Below, piece by piece: positions 51,278 through 64,000 of a stretch of 64,000 bases of DNA. This DNA is from Camelus ferus (Eukaryota): the NCBI RefSeq assembly GCF_009834535.1, contig NC_045698.1, positions 2,110,001 through 2,174,000 on the forward strand, given 5' to 3'. The notes beneath the pieces were generated by a model that was not told where the DNA came from, did no database searches, and was given only the letters and a program-made list of their open reading frames with translations. The position numbers and the translations under genes are program-made. Numbering within the stretch: the first letter of the stretch is position 1; each line of letters opens with the position of its first letter.

Positions 51278-51323
<46 letters not shown>
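51271..51323. repeat. (TC)5(TG)21 compound microsatellite
   Basis: Directly visible. Confidence 0.97.
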
Positions 51324-51326
<3 letters not shown>

Positions 51327-51519
51327 GGTGCACGCACAAACACTGAGAGGCCCGCGGGGACGTCCAAAATGCAGTTGCCAAAATTTTTGGTGGGTTCGTT
51401 GTCAGTGAATCAGAAACACATGACTTAAATTACCATAAAAATGCATGTTTGAAATTGAATAAAAACTGTCTTTGGCAAATGAACGCTCCGTATCATCAGA
51501 GAGGAAGCTGACGTGGCCT

Positions 51520-51800
51520 GAGGGGCGGGGCTGACACACGCGGGGGAGCCTGTGCCGGGCTGGGCCGCAGCGGAGACGCGGCGCCCCGACCCCGGTCCCC
51601 AGGGCGCCCCCGCCCCCGGCCCCGCCAGCAGCCCCCACCCCCCACCCCCGGGAGCGCCCGGCCCGTGATCTCCTCCTGCGCTTTCCTCCCCGGAGCCCAG
51701 CGCCGAGGCGCGGCCGGTCACACTGGTCCCCCTGCAGGGAGGCTGCCGTCCTCACCCGCGCGATGAAGGGCCCCCCTCCGTGGGCCGGCAGGCGCCCTCA
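51520..51800. promoter_or_regulatory. Small CpG-rich, GC-box-rich element
   Basis: Dense CpGs, ggggcgggg at ~51522-51530, C-runs at 51607-51648. Confidence 0.4.
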
Positions 51801-52713
51801 CTTCTGTGAGTTGGGACCATAGTGGGCCACGTGTCCTCCAGTTTTATAGAAATGACAGGGCGCCCAGCTTACATTCTGGGTTTACTTCCCATGAGATGGG
51901 AGAGAAAGAGAAGTCCTCAAGGGCGGCTACTGCGTCTGTCTCCTGACCTCCATCCTCACAGCTGCACGGTCTCCTGGCTCAGGCAGGCTCCTCGGAGCGT
52001 GTGTCCTACAGACAGGAATGTGGAGTCAGCCCGCGGGGACAGGTGGTCCTTGGCCGAGGCCTCGATTTCTTTGCACCTGTCACTCCGTCCAGGGTCTCGT
52101 TCACCAGGCACCCTGAGCTCCTGGATGCTCACGAGGCTGGGGACCTCCACGCTAACTCATTCTTCTTAGTCACGTGGGGATAATCTGCTTCAGGAAGCCC
52201 GGCTCTGTGCTGTCAACATGGCGAGTCCCTTGTTCCATCTCACTGCTCAGTGGGGCCGTGGTTTCACTGGCCGTGGTCGCCACCCCAGCCAATGCCTCCC
52301 CGACTCACACACGCGGTGACACAGAGCATCGTTTTCCCAAAGACACCAGTTGGGTCCAAGGGGAAGGCCTCCTGCGCTTCAGCCCCGAGGAAGGTCCCAT
52401 GAAGGCTGTGGCGGTCCCAGGGCCAGCGCCTGGGCGGGAGGCTGCGGCACTGGGCGGGGACCGAGCTGCAGGCACTGGAGTGGGGGGTGGCCAGCAGCCT
52501 GCGTCCTCTGTCAGGGGCAGGGGCGAGTCTCCACGCAGCTCGCCGCCCCCGCGGCGCTGGCGCCCTTTTACTTTTCCCTGCTCTTTTGCGTTTCTGTTTG
52601 TGGTCCTAGAAGCACAAGCCACCCCAGCATTTCCAGCAGCTGCACGTGGGAGTAGAGGAACATTTTACAAAATTAAATAATTCATATTTTTCTCAAATTG
52701 AAGCTTAAGAGGA

Positions 52714-53156
52714 TACGGTAGTTTCCTGGGAGAGCTGTAACAGGTGCCCACAAACCGGGAGGCTTAAAGTAACAGAAGTGGATTCTCTCCCATTTCTGGA
52801 GGCTGGAGGTCTGAGACCGCAGTGTCCGCAGGGCTGCGTCTGCCCGAGGGACCCAGGGGAGGCTCCTTCCTGCCCCTCGGGGCTCAGGGCTGCAGGAGCT
52901 CCCGGGCTCTCTGACCTGCAGCTGCACCCTTCAGCCGCTGCCCCTGGCTTCACGAGGCCCTGTCCCTGTGTGACTGTCTTCACGTGGCCTCCTTATCAGG
53001 ACGCCAGTCATTGGACTTAAAACCCACCCGCTCCAGGGCGCGCCCGTCCTAACTTGAGGACATCTGCAGAGACCCGGTCTCCAAATCAGGGCACATCCAC
53101 AGGGACCGGAGTCAGGACTTCAACTTACCTTTTTGGGGACACAGTTCACCCCAGAG
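52714..53156 (-). mobile_element. MaLR solo LTR, MLT1C-like
   Basis: tagtttcctggg...gctgtaaca...cacaaaccgggaggcttaaagtaacagaa...ttctggaggctggaggtctgaga...ccttatcaggacgccagtcattgga...aggacttcaac...tttttggggacacagttcaccc. Confidence 0.85.
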
Positions 53157-56100
53157 AGAGGGTTAGTGGCAGGTATTAAGTGTGACACCAATTTCTTATA
53201 TCAACAACAGGATGGATGTTGAATGCTAGATTTGCAAATACATTTACTTTCTTAAAACATACTTAAGTTGAAACAAACAGAAATTAGTGTTTTTACTTAT
53301 CTTGTTTTACATTGTTGATATTCTGGCATTACAATATGTATTTTAATAGGATTTAAATATTTTTAAGAGGAAAACAATTGAGAACATAAATGAGTTAGTT
53401 TTTAATTTTAAAATTTACTGTATTTGAATATATTCAAATTTCCGATTATTTGTCTAACAAAATTTTATTTCTAAACACTTTAAATCTTTATTCTTGACAG
53501 AACAGAAAAGATGTAAACATCCTGATTACAACAGTGTAACTAATGATTTTGCTGAAACAAAGGCAAGAAAAAAATAATCATATGAAATAAACATATAATT
53601 TATGAATTATGGAAGTTGGTACTTTTTCCCGGTGTAGCGCTGCCAGCTCACCAGCGGAGCCCCAGGCAGGTGTAACGAGAGCCATAAAACTGTTTTTGCT
53701 ATTTCGCCAACTTGTAGTTCTGGGACACTTCAGCTCCAGGGCTCTTTGAAAGCTGTCATTTTGCAGGTATATTTGTAAAGCAGAAGAATACAATGTGTCT
53801 ATCAATTTTCAAGCTTTGTTTCCAGCTGTTAAATATTTGGGTATTTGGTCGGTGGGCCCCCGACAGCAGTCTTGCCCTGAGCCCAGGAACACCAGGGACA
53901 GAACTGCAGGGGAGGCGGAGGGGCGGGGCGGTCGGAGCCCCGTGTTCCTGAGTCCGGTGTAGAAGAAGGAGGTAAATGGGGGCCGGACACGATGCACCCC
54001 AGCCCAGCTTCTGTCTTCACAGAGAGTTTGCAGACGCATCGCTGAGAATGGATCCTGAACCCTGCTCGCTGGGAGGTCTGTGCTGGCGGGACGGCCGCTG
54101 CTTTCCAACTTGCATTTCATGTGTGTCCCCTGGGATGAGCTCATCCGCCCTGGATCCCAGTGCACCTCATCACAGCAGCTGGGAAACATCTTTCTCTCTG
54201 GGCTCCTACTGGGGCCCGAGTCACATCAACTAAGGCTTCATTCTCTTACAGACATGCCCTGGGGGCCCAGGACGTGGTTCTCAAAGCTCTTACACGTCCG
54301 TGATGTCTTTGCAGCCTCCTGACTCTTCTGTGAGCTGATGGACACAGGGCGAGGTGGGCGAGTGGTGGAATCTCCTTCGTGTATGAGCAGCAGGTGTCTC
54401 AGAACCGCAAAGTCTACACTGAGGAGGAATTTCCCAGGCTTCTTCCCTCTCCTCCTCGGCTCTCCTGACTCCACCTCCCATTGGCCAAAACCAACAGGGA
54501 GCCCAGAACCAGGGCTCCTGGGTGCAGCCCCAACGGGAGCGAGGCTGCCTTCCCCGCACAGAGCCAGGCAGACCGGGGCCCCGCTGGCTGGAGCCTCGCT
54601 GTCTGCCCACAGCACCCTTGCCCGTGCCCGTCCACGTAGTGTGGCACCGCGTGCGGCGATGGGGCCTCACGCCCCGGCTGAGCCACCCTCCTCCTGAGAC
54701 AAAACCAGAAATGTCTTCTTGGGAGCTCCTTGCTGGAGCGCCTCCCGGCCCTGCTCATGAATTTGGACCCTTCCCGACTCCTCCCGCCTCCTTCCTCCTG
54801 CCCTCCCTCAGGCGGCTGCGTTGGATCCCCCGCCCCTGCTGGCCTCCCTTCCGAGAACCACCCCTCCAGGGTCTGGGGGGACCGCAGGCGTCGCAGTCCC
54901 GAGCATCCTTGGCATCCCAGGGGCTTTCGTTTCTCGACACCCTCCCAGGTGCGGCGCAAGGCTGCCGCGTGACACTAGCAAAGCCCTCCTCATCGGGACC
55001 GAGTCCCTCACCTGGGGCAGGATGGCAGGTGTCTCCTAGGCCTTCCTGTTCTTAACCATCAGGACCTCCATCACCAGAGCAGGGGCTGAGTAGTAACACT
55101 GGGATGTTTCCACTTAACCTTCTAGTCACGCCAGCACTTTGCAGTCACTGCTTCCGTTTTTAGTGACTGACGAAGCGCGGTCACCTGCCCTGTGGACCTT
55201 GTCCCCTCCCTCCCCTCCCTCCCCCTCCCCCGGCCCTCCCCTCTGTCTCTTTCACAAGCACTCTTGCTCTTTTCCTTTCTTTCTTTTGGGACAGGAGTAG
55301 AGGAAAGCAAGGTCCTGGAAGGAGGGCTTCGGTTTGGTGAGAATGGATGAAGTTTCCAGGGCCGACACCCGTCTCCCTCCGGCCCCCTCTGCCGTGACCT
55401 GGCGGGCACTTGCTTCTGAGGAGGATGTGCCGATGGGAAAATGCACATTAGGAGGGCACCGGCCTTTTGCGCCAACCTCCCCTTCCTCTTCTGTGACGTG
55501 GATGAAGGTGGTCTGCTTCTGGCAAAGAAAAATATCGCTGAATTGCTGGAAAGTTGCTTGCTATCTCCTTGATCTTGACGCCAGTCACACGGACCGTCCG
55601 ACTCCTCCTCCTCAGTTTTCTCCCTTCTCATCCATCTCAACTTCAGGAAGTCCCGACAAGTGGGACAGTAGCCAGGCTGTCCACCTCGGATGCACCCTAG
55701 ATCTTGGTTCCGACCCCCAGGACGTCCAGCCCCATCTCGCATGTGAAGCCAGGTTCTCAGCTCTGGCCGCAGGTGAGGGACCCGAGGGGCTTCCGGAGGC
55801 ACCACTGCCCGGCCCAGAGGAGGGAGGCCACGATGCCCTGAGTGCGTCCTGGTGGCCTGATGGTGTTTAAAGCTGGCCGAGCAGTCCAAGTGGGGGTGTC
55901 CTTCCCTCCGGGGTGACCTCGCAGGCCTCCTCCAGGGCCGGGCATCCCCGCTGCCCCTCCCAGGCGCCCTGGGATGCAGGATCCCGCTCTGTCCCTCCTA
56001 AGTCCACGCTCCTCACCCCCCACGCCCCCTCCCAGCACCTCCCTCCTCGGAATGTCTGACCCAACCGGCCGGTTGCATCAGGTGTTAGATAAACCACTGT

Positions 56101-59100
56101 GCTGGGACGTAAGTCCACCTGAGAGAGGCGTCTCAGGAAGCGGTCACTCCAGGCCCCGGGGGGCCAGGTGCCTTGCATCATCCAGGTTCACAGACTTTTA
56201 TTTAAGAGAGAAACACATACAGCAGTTTTTTCGAGGTGTTATTCACGTATCACCACCTTTTCCCATTACTACCCGCCTAAAGAGCCTTTTCTGACATTTT
56301 TTACCTAATTGCTCCCCATTTGTGAAATCTCAATAAATCATATATACTGTCCAGCTGTCTTTGTACTGTGTGTATGTCTGTCTTTGATGCATAAAAAGAT
56401 TAAGATCCTTGCACCCACGAGCCAATTTTTGCTCCCTTAGGACAAGGTCGGTCATGTCAAGGAGATAGAATTTAGACCTGAGTTTTACAGCTTGCATTTG
56501 TCCTGGAACCTCCACGGACAGATCCCAACCGCTCGGCTGAAGGGTGGGCGTAGGTTTATCCCGAGCTGTGCAGTGCCCTGACCATGGGAAGCCCCATGAC
56601 CACTCTCTGCTCGCTGTGAAACCACCAAACACCTCCACGACCCCCGCCCAACCCTTCCTTAGTGTACATCCAGAGATGGCGCCAGGGTAAATTAGGCTTC
56701 AGGAAAATATGCTGAGGAAGCCGCTGCATAAACAGAACTTGGAGCCTTCCTGCCCCAAAGGGCTAAAAGCACTGCTGGGCTGGACGGCAAACAGATGACC
56801 GGCCGTGCTGTTCTCCAAGGGACCCCCTTTCAGCTTCCAGGGAGAGTCCCCACGGCTCAGCCTTTTAAAAAGAAGGTGAAAAGACAAACAGTGGAAGACG
56901 CCTTGGTTGTTTAATGGCCGTGTGGTTCTTGAAGGCACCCTGGGGTGGAGCCGGGGAAGCTGTTGACCTGACGTGACCAGACCCGGCGTGATCAGTGGCC
57001 CCGATCGCAGAGCGCTGGGGCCGCGCTCCCGGGCCCCCTCGGTGCCCGCCACTCGCCAGGGATGGCAGTGCCACTTCCGGGTTGACTGCTGATCTTCTCA
57101 ATGATAAACTGAGAGTGCAGACCGTTTCTGGAAGCGGAGAATAAAACCAACGAAAACCCAGAGATAAGCCAGCGAAAGCCTGGCCTGTCAAACAGGAGGC
57201 AGCCCTCCCCGCCGCGCCCGCCGTGTCCCAGCCTGTCTGCAGCAGGTGCTCGACGACAAGGGGCGTCTCCTGAGGGGCGGGTCCCACAGTCCTCAGTGAG
57301 TCAGCCCAGGAACCGCGCTTCTCAGACTGGGTGGATTGGAGCACGTGTCTTCCATCGAGTGCTCCAGAGACGCCAGGCACCTCCACACAGTCACATTCCA
57401 GCTCCGGGTCCCCTGGGGCGGCAGCCCGCGCTCAGCTTCCTGGTGGAGTTTTCTCAGTCAGCCGCGATAAGGCAGCAGCAGCAACCATCGCCACATGCCA
57501 GCGAGAAGAGGGGGAGGTCGGACCCAAGAAATGGCTCTGCTGTGGGTGAATAGCGGTTTATCTCTGTCTGCGGGTGCTGGCACCAACAGGGCTGCCTCCA
57601 TCCGCAGCTCCCTCTTGTCTGTCAGGGGCTGAGGCATGGTCATCACGTGATGCTCCTTCCCTGTGGTCCAGGGTGGACACGTGAACTGAGACGGCCAGCC
57701 CCGCGTCTCTGGTCACCCAGCTCTGTGTCCCTAGCTTTGCCGTCGCTGTCTGATGCCCTCAGAGATGCTTATTGTCCAGTGGGAATGCTGTCCACTGCCG
57801 CTTCCCAGGGGAGCTAATGAAAAGGACTCAGATACAGGTGCCTTGTCGAGGATGAGGCTCATCTGACAACCATCTACTCTTTCTCCTACAGCATGAAATG
57901 CGGGAAGCTAATCTCAGAGCCAAACGAGTGTGGGGAACGTCGTGGATCCATGGGTAAAGGGTGAAGTTCGCCACCCTCTTCACGGCCATCCTGAGGCCCA
58001 CTGTGCTGGAAGGGACAGCTTCACGGTTAGACTGCACCCTGCACCACTCTTCACCCCGACTTCGCATCTCCTGCCTCCCGGTGAGGGAAGATGTTATCGG
58101 GCTTTGCAGGGTCTGAGCAGCAGGACAGCCGTGGCTCCCCGGTGACCAGGTGCCAAGAGCTGGATCAGTGAGTACCTGGCGGTGACGCAGCCCTCAGTGA
58201 ACACCATCTCCATCCTACATAGTCACCTCCGGCCCTTGTCTTAGAGAAGACAGTCTCTCCCATCACCCAGAACCCAGTTCCGATGGTGTCTGAAATGGGG
58301 CACTGAAGCCCAGTCACCTACCATCAGACACGCAGGTGGATGGGCAAAGCTTCCCTCTGTCAAGACTGGGGATGTCTGCCAGCACCCATGGTTGGTAAAA
58401 TCTCTGTGTTCTTGTGCATTTGCTGACCTGGCTCTGGACAAGCTCTTGTATTACAGGGGACAGTGCCCCTGGGGGTCACACAGCCCGTCCCTGGGGCTTC
58501 AAGTTATGACCCCATCAAGCAGGCTGCTGGATGAGAGCACCTGACTCCCTGCAAGAGGCCCCGATCCCGTGGCTCTGACTGCGGGTCATCCCTGGACCGT
58601 CCACGGTCCACGTGCAGTTGTGGCTTCACAGCCAACGTGAAGGTGACGCTCAGTGAGCACGGAGCAGCTGCTGTTCACCGTGTCGGACATTCAAACTCTG
58701 GGTCTTCTGACAAACACGGAGACCACGCGGAGATGCCCCAGCTACATGGTTGAAAGACCGTCACATCGCCTTCTGATGAAATTACTAACAAGTGGCTTTT
58801 TAGGGTTCTGAGGTGGGAAATCTACACAAGACTACCGAAATCTCAAGACTTCTGCATATATGTGTAAACAGGATACCATTAAACCACGCGCTCAGTTATT
58901 TGAATCTTGTAAAGTAAGACCAGCGATTACGCTGGACGTGCCTCCGCTAAGACTCCCTTGTGCACGGTGGGGGCCAGACGCCAGGACCCTCCTTGCGGGG
59001 TGACGCGCCTCCCCATGGTCTGACAGGGCCTGGGGTCACGGGAGGGAGGGAGGCAGGGCTGGTCCTGGACGGAGCAGGGAAGCAGACAGCATTCCCCAGA

Positions 59101-60609
59101 GACCTGCAGCCTCTTCTTTCTTTCTAATCGTCCCTGATTCTAACCACTATGACCTCCCCCCGACCCGGGTGCCTCACCCCTCCCATGGGAATCTGGTGGA
59201 CTCTGCATTCCGAGAGCTCTGGTCCAGGGGCCCCTCTGGGGTTTTGTCCTCAAGCCTCATCTCTGGTTGGTGAATTAATCTGGTCTTGGCCAGTTTTAGC
59301 CCCAGAAGCAGATGAAAAGGAGATGGTGCAACGAGATTCTATGAAATCCATCACATAACGTTCAAGGTCAGCCATGTGGGTCTCAGGTTTACTGGATGGA
59401 TCTCAAGTTGCCCCTGCTTGAAAGCCACGGGCTCAAAGCCGTCTCAATGGCCGTCCCAAGTAAGAGCAGCTCGTGGAAAATCCGAGCCTGGGCTGTGGAA
59501 GGGAAGCCTCTGCTTCAGATCCGGCACAGCCTGCAGCCCTGGGCGCGGGAAGCCTCCCGGTGGCTTCCATTTCTGCACCTCCGCCGGCCTCTCGCTGCAG
59601 GTTGTCCTTCCCGAGGGAGGGCGAGGTGTGAGAAGCGGGCGACTATGTGTCACTCGCACTGAAGTGAAGTGGCCTGTCCATGTGTCAGACGGAGTTCTCC
59701 ACGCCAACCTGGCCACTGGGACTGCGTCTTCGCCAACCTGGCCAGCGCTGTGAATAAATGACAGTTTTGTGGGGCAGGAGACAGATGAGTGGTTCTCTCT
59801 GTCTCCTGCGGAGGTGAAGCTCCCTAGCAGGCCGGGCAGCTGGCTGTGTGCAGGCTGGGGGCACCCCGTGGACGGGGTCCTGCATGGGGTCGGGGGGGAT
59901 GGCTACGAGCTGGGGTGTCCCCCACGACAAAGTGCAGTCCTGAGGGCTTGTGTCCTCGGTGCGCCTGCCCCAGAGCCTGCTCCTCCTGTGAGGGCACATT
60001 TCCATTCTTCTGGGGAGTTCCTGGACTCAGCGTGGAGGGTGTCATGCAGCTGGGCTGGTCCCGGGGCTGGCGGATTCACAGCCAGGTCGCCTGGCCCAGG
60101 GGCTCAGCCGGGACGCACTCAGAAAAGAAGCACGAGGGGCAGGCAGGACCACGGGAAGCGCGAGGGCGTGGCTGTGTAGGCACGGGGAGTCGCCAGGGCT
60201 GCGGCACAGAGCGAGGACCCGGTCACTCAGGAGGACAGCTGCGATCTCACTGGCGACCCCCACCGGCCACTTCTGAAGAGCAGGCCGCAGAAGTCAGGAG
60301 GCCCGGGGGAGCAGAACGCGGGCCACCACCAGGGACTCTGTGAAAGCAGGTTTAGAGGGGGGGCCTGGACGCTGTTCTGCAAACCACAGTCCTACCGATA
60401 AGCCTGTGCGTTGTTCCTAGTGCGCGAGACCTTGACCTACAGCCTCCATGTTTACAGTGACGAGGGTCAGTCTGAGAGAGGGCCACGAGACTCCAGCCCG
60501 TGACGCCCAGTGAGGCCGCGCCAGCTTCCCGCACTGCTGCCGAGATCCGGGCGGCTGAGACCACAGGAGTCCCCTCTGCCGCAGCTCCCGGCCGGGGCCC
60601 ACCGGCCCC

Positions 60610-61038
60610 CAGACCCCCAGGGAGGCCCCTCCTTGCCTGCTCTGCCGTCTGGTGTCTCCAGCTGCTCCGGGGCGGGCGGCCGCGTCACTGCAATGCTTGT
60701 CCCCGCCTTTGCGTGTTTTTCTCCTCCGTGTGCCTGCGTCTCAGATCTCCCCTTTGAGGGGCTGAGGGCAACAGAGCTGTTGCCTGTCCCTTTGGAATGG
60801 TGTCCACCAGGGCCCGTCTCTCAGGGACGCTGCTCCCAGGGGACCTTCACCACCATGACCTTCCAAGTCCAAGGCTGAAGACTCCTGATGGGGGGTCTAA
60901 TCCCAGCACCCGTCTCAGCGATCTCAGCTCGTGATCCATAACTTAATTCCAGCCACAAAGACTTTTTCTAAGTAAGGTCACGTTCGAGGCTCCTGTTGGC
61001 CGTCTCTTTGGGGAGGGGGCACGAGTCAGCCCTCTGCA
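60610..61038 (-). mobile_element. Heavily decayed MLT1-family LTR
   Basis: taacttaattccagccacaaagactttttctaagtaaggtcacgttcgagg...tttgggagggggcacgagtcagccc resembles the antisense MLT1 start; the left boundary is uncertain. Confidence 0.45.
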
Positions 61039-64000
61039 CCTCCCTACACGTCAAGTCCAACAGGCAATGCGTGTGCCGCATGCCGAGAACAGGGGCACGT
61101 TTACGTTGTTGCTTCAGTGTTCGTTCTAGAGAGACAGTGTCCTCCGTGGGGGGTGGAGGAGGGCGCGGCAGGGCAGGCACACCGGGAGCCCTGAAAGAAA
61201 TGTCTGCTGAGGGTCTGTCCCTTTTCGAACTCCGTATAAATCACAGGATAAAAGTCCCCGCAGTCAGGGCATGAATGTCTGCCTACACGTAAGGCAGAGA
61301 GCGGCTCGTATTGAAGGGGGGCCTGGGGTGTGACAGGGAGGACAATTAACGCTTGTCCTATCTTACCGGCTTTCTATAAGCTCTCTGTATCGTTTTAGAA
61401 GTCAGAAAACAAGCTATAATTCCTAGAACCAGCATTCCTGGTGACAGGCTATTTCACCCACAGAAAAAGGCGCGCTCAGGTCGGCCGACCGGCACGAGGT
61501 TCGAAGAGGCCCAGTGCGAGCCTCACGGAAACTCCGCGGCGCCTCGCACTTGGGAGGCGCTTTGGAGCCGGCCCGCAGCGTCCCAGGCCCTTCGCCATTT
61601 GCAGCATGCCTGAGAAAGTACACATGGAGCAACAAGTTGGATAAAAACATACTTAAAACAAGCAAGGAAAAACAGTTCGACCTTCAGGATAACTTTCATC
61701 ATTCTTTTAACCAAGTAGACTTAAGTAATATGTATAGTGATTTCAAGGCCAACTCATAAAAGGAGCGATGAACTGGAAACCAGCTGTTTGGTGCTCATCC
61801 TGCTTTGGCCGTGAGACGATCTGAAACCATCCAGCCACTTACACGCCGCTTTCAGGATTCTAACACGTGAGGGTCTGGATCTATGTATCCAGCCAAACCC
61901 TGGGTAGATGCAGCTGTTTCAGCAACTATGTGCCCGACAACACACCCGCACCAGAGCTGAGACAACAGAAGAGAAAAAGGGATTTCTGGCTTTCACGGTC
62001 ATATGTAAACAGCCAGCCGGACAGACCCCTGCCGTGCAGCAAAATGTCCAAATATTTTTAAGCAGTGGAGAGGAGACTTGCTAGGTGGCTTCCGGTGGCT
62101 CTGGGCGTTGATCATCACACTGCGCTTTGAGTCCCTTTCTCCACTTTGTGCCTGCGTCAGGCTGGCACCAAGCGACACGCTGCCCCTGCAGGTGCTTCCC
62201 ATCCTCGGCTGTTTCTGCAGGTGTCCCGAAGCACCGGGGGCATGGATGCAGGAAGCACCTGGGCTCTCTGCAGAGGGCAGACAGCGGTGCTGTGTGCCCG
62301 AGCGCCCGTGGTCGGGCCGTGCAGGCTGCAGCATGTGCAGTTGCAGGTGCGCCATGTCTCCTGCCTGCCCCGGGGACAGACACAGGACCTTGTCCTGTGT
62401 CTCTTTGCAAAAGCAAGTCCGAGTTCCCTGGGAAAGAGTAAGACGAGAGAGGGTGAAGGGAGAGCTGGAAAGCAAGACCCCAGCTGAGGCTGGGGGAGGC
62501 GGTGCATTTAGGGGTCGGAGCTGGCACCAGCGGTGCCGGGTGATTAATTAATGCCTCGAGTCCACACCGGCTCCGCACAGGGCCCACAACGCCCCCAAGA
62601 GGGGCACGGGGCGGGGGGCGGGGAGACGCAGCTGAGAGAGGACAAACAGGCTGAGAAGGGGGACGGGTTTTAGTAACAAGATAGTTAATTGACCTTATTT
62701 TCCCCCCATTTATCACGGTCTGAGTTGAGCATTTCCTGAATAATAAGGAGGAAGTGAAGTCCATCAAGGTAAGTTGCCTAAACGCATGTCCATACCTGTC
62801 AATCACGCGCCCACGCAAGGGGACCAAAAGGCAGGAGCACACCACGCCGGGGAAGGTGGCGGCAGGTTAACCAGCCGGGCTGATAAATCACCCGCTTGAT
62901 ACGCTCTGTCAGGCTCGGAGGGAAGGTTTTAGGAATTTTGAAAGTGACAACTTGGTTGATACCAAACAATTCTTTCCCCCAAAGTCCTGGTGACATAGAA
63001 TTTTGGAGCTTGCATTTCCCTTTGCAGGGGGCGGGGTGTCTCTTCAGCTTGAGAGGCACTTGGGGTCGTCACTGTTTGTGTTCCCTTTTATATGTTATGT
63101 AAATATTTCACCTTTAACAAGTAGACTTCCCAAAGTAAAGGAATGTGCTGGAATCCTGTGGAGGGTCTTTTGGAAGCCACAAGCGAGCAGAGGAATGTTC
63201 TGGATGGACAACACATGTCTTTCCAAAGGGGTCCTCCTCTCACCCGGGAAGATGTTCTGGCAACACGCATCCGACAGGCAGCTGTTGCTATGGTGCATTT
63301 TTATAACTCCATCTCCCTTTCATCCCCGACGCCACTGAGCAAGACATCCGGGTCTGTTCATGGATTTGACCTCATATCTCTAAATACTTTAAAACTCCTG
63401 GGATAATGTTTATTATTAGCACAAATTAGGGGCAGTAAAATATCTAAAAGAGTCTGGCTAATAAATGAACTGAGCAGCTCATTCGCGGCCAATCATCATG
63501 ACCCCAGAATCACGAAATAGCGAGTCTGCACCTGATGTGTAGCCAGTGCTGCGAATTAACGCAAAGCCGCCCACGGGAGCCTGTTACCCGGAGCTGCTTC
63601 TGTGCTGTGGGCTCTTCCCCCACCGCTCTTCCTACAGCCAGGGCTGAAACCAGCCAGTCTTGCTGAGCGACGTTCAATTTTGGAAAGAAAATTGAAATTA
63701 GTAACTCAATTTTGCAGGATTAGAGTGATCCAAATCCAGAAAGAATTACTTCAAGTGCGTGGAAAACACTTCACAAAATCCACTGCATGGAAACCCTTTT
63801 CAGGGTCCCTTGAAGGACTGACTATTCGCCAAAAATGTCTTCTGAGTAATGCTGCTTGGAGCTGAAGTGTGGAATTTTAACAAGGGTGGATTCCCAAAGC
63901 CGAGAGGCTTGCCACTGGTTCATGCAAGGGGACGCCGTCACTGCAGGCTTCGAGGCAGGGACCGGCTTACCCCCGTCTCTCCGTCAAGGTGCCTGTGGCT

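Noticed and set aside
1..64000. A novel multi-gene or prokaryote-type system, or a named host gene
   Set aside because: No operon-like structure, credible CDS or recognisable exon was found; naming the neighbouring gene would need a genome alignment.

Overview
This is eukaryotic DNA: a GC-rich mammalian non-coding region, most likely from a camelid (camel/alpaca/llama). The evidence is two copies of a tRNA-Ala-derived SINE resembling the camelid vic-1 family plus L1 3' ends of the type common in artiodactyls. I found no recognisable protein-coding gene. The long ORFs in the track come from high GC content or stop-free simple repeats, and the only ORFs with recognisable protein motifs are decayed L1 ORF2 C-termini. 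The window contains about nine MaLR (MLT1-family) solo LTRs, an ERV1-like solo LTR nested in one of them, several L1 fragments (one 5'-inverted with a target-site duplication), L2/MIR relics, micro- and minisatellites, a CpG island with promoter/enhancer motifs at about 24.2-25.3 kb, and several AT-richer blocks dense in homeobox/SOX/TCF motifs that look like conserved enhancers. Together these suggest a GC-rich (possibly subtelomeric) gene desert or large intron near a developmental regulator (inference). Repeat subfamily names come from recalled consensus sequences and need Dfam/RepeatMasker confirmation. I did not find convincing evidence of a novel biological system. The best leads are listed as findings.
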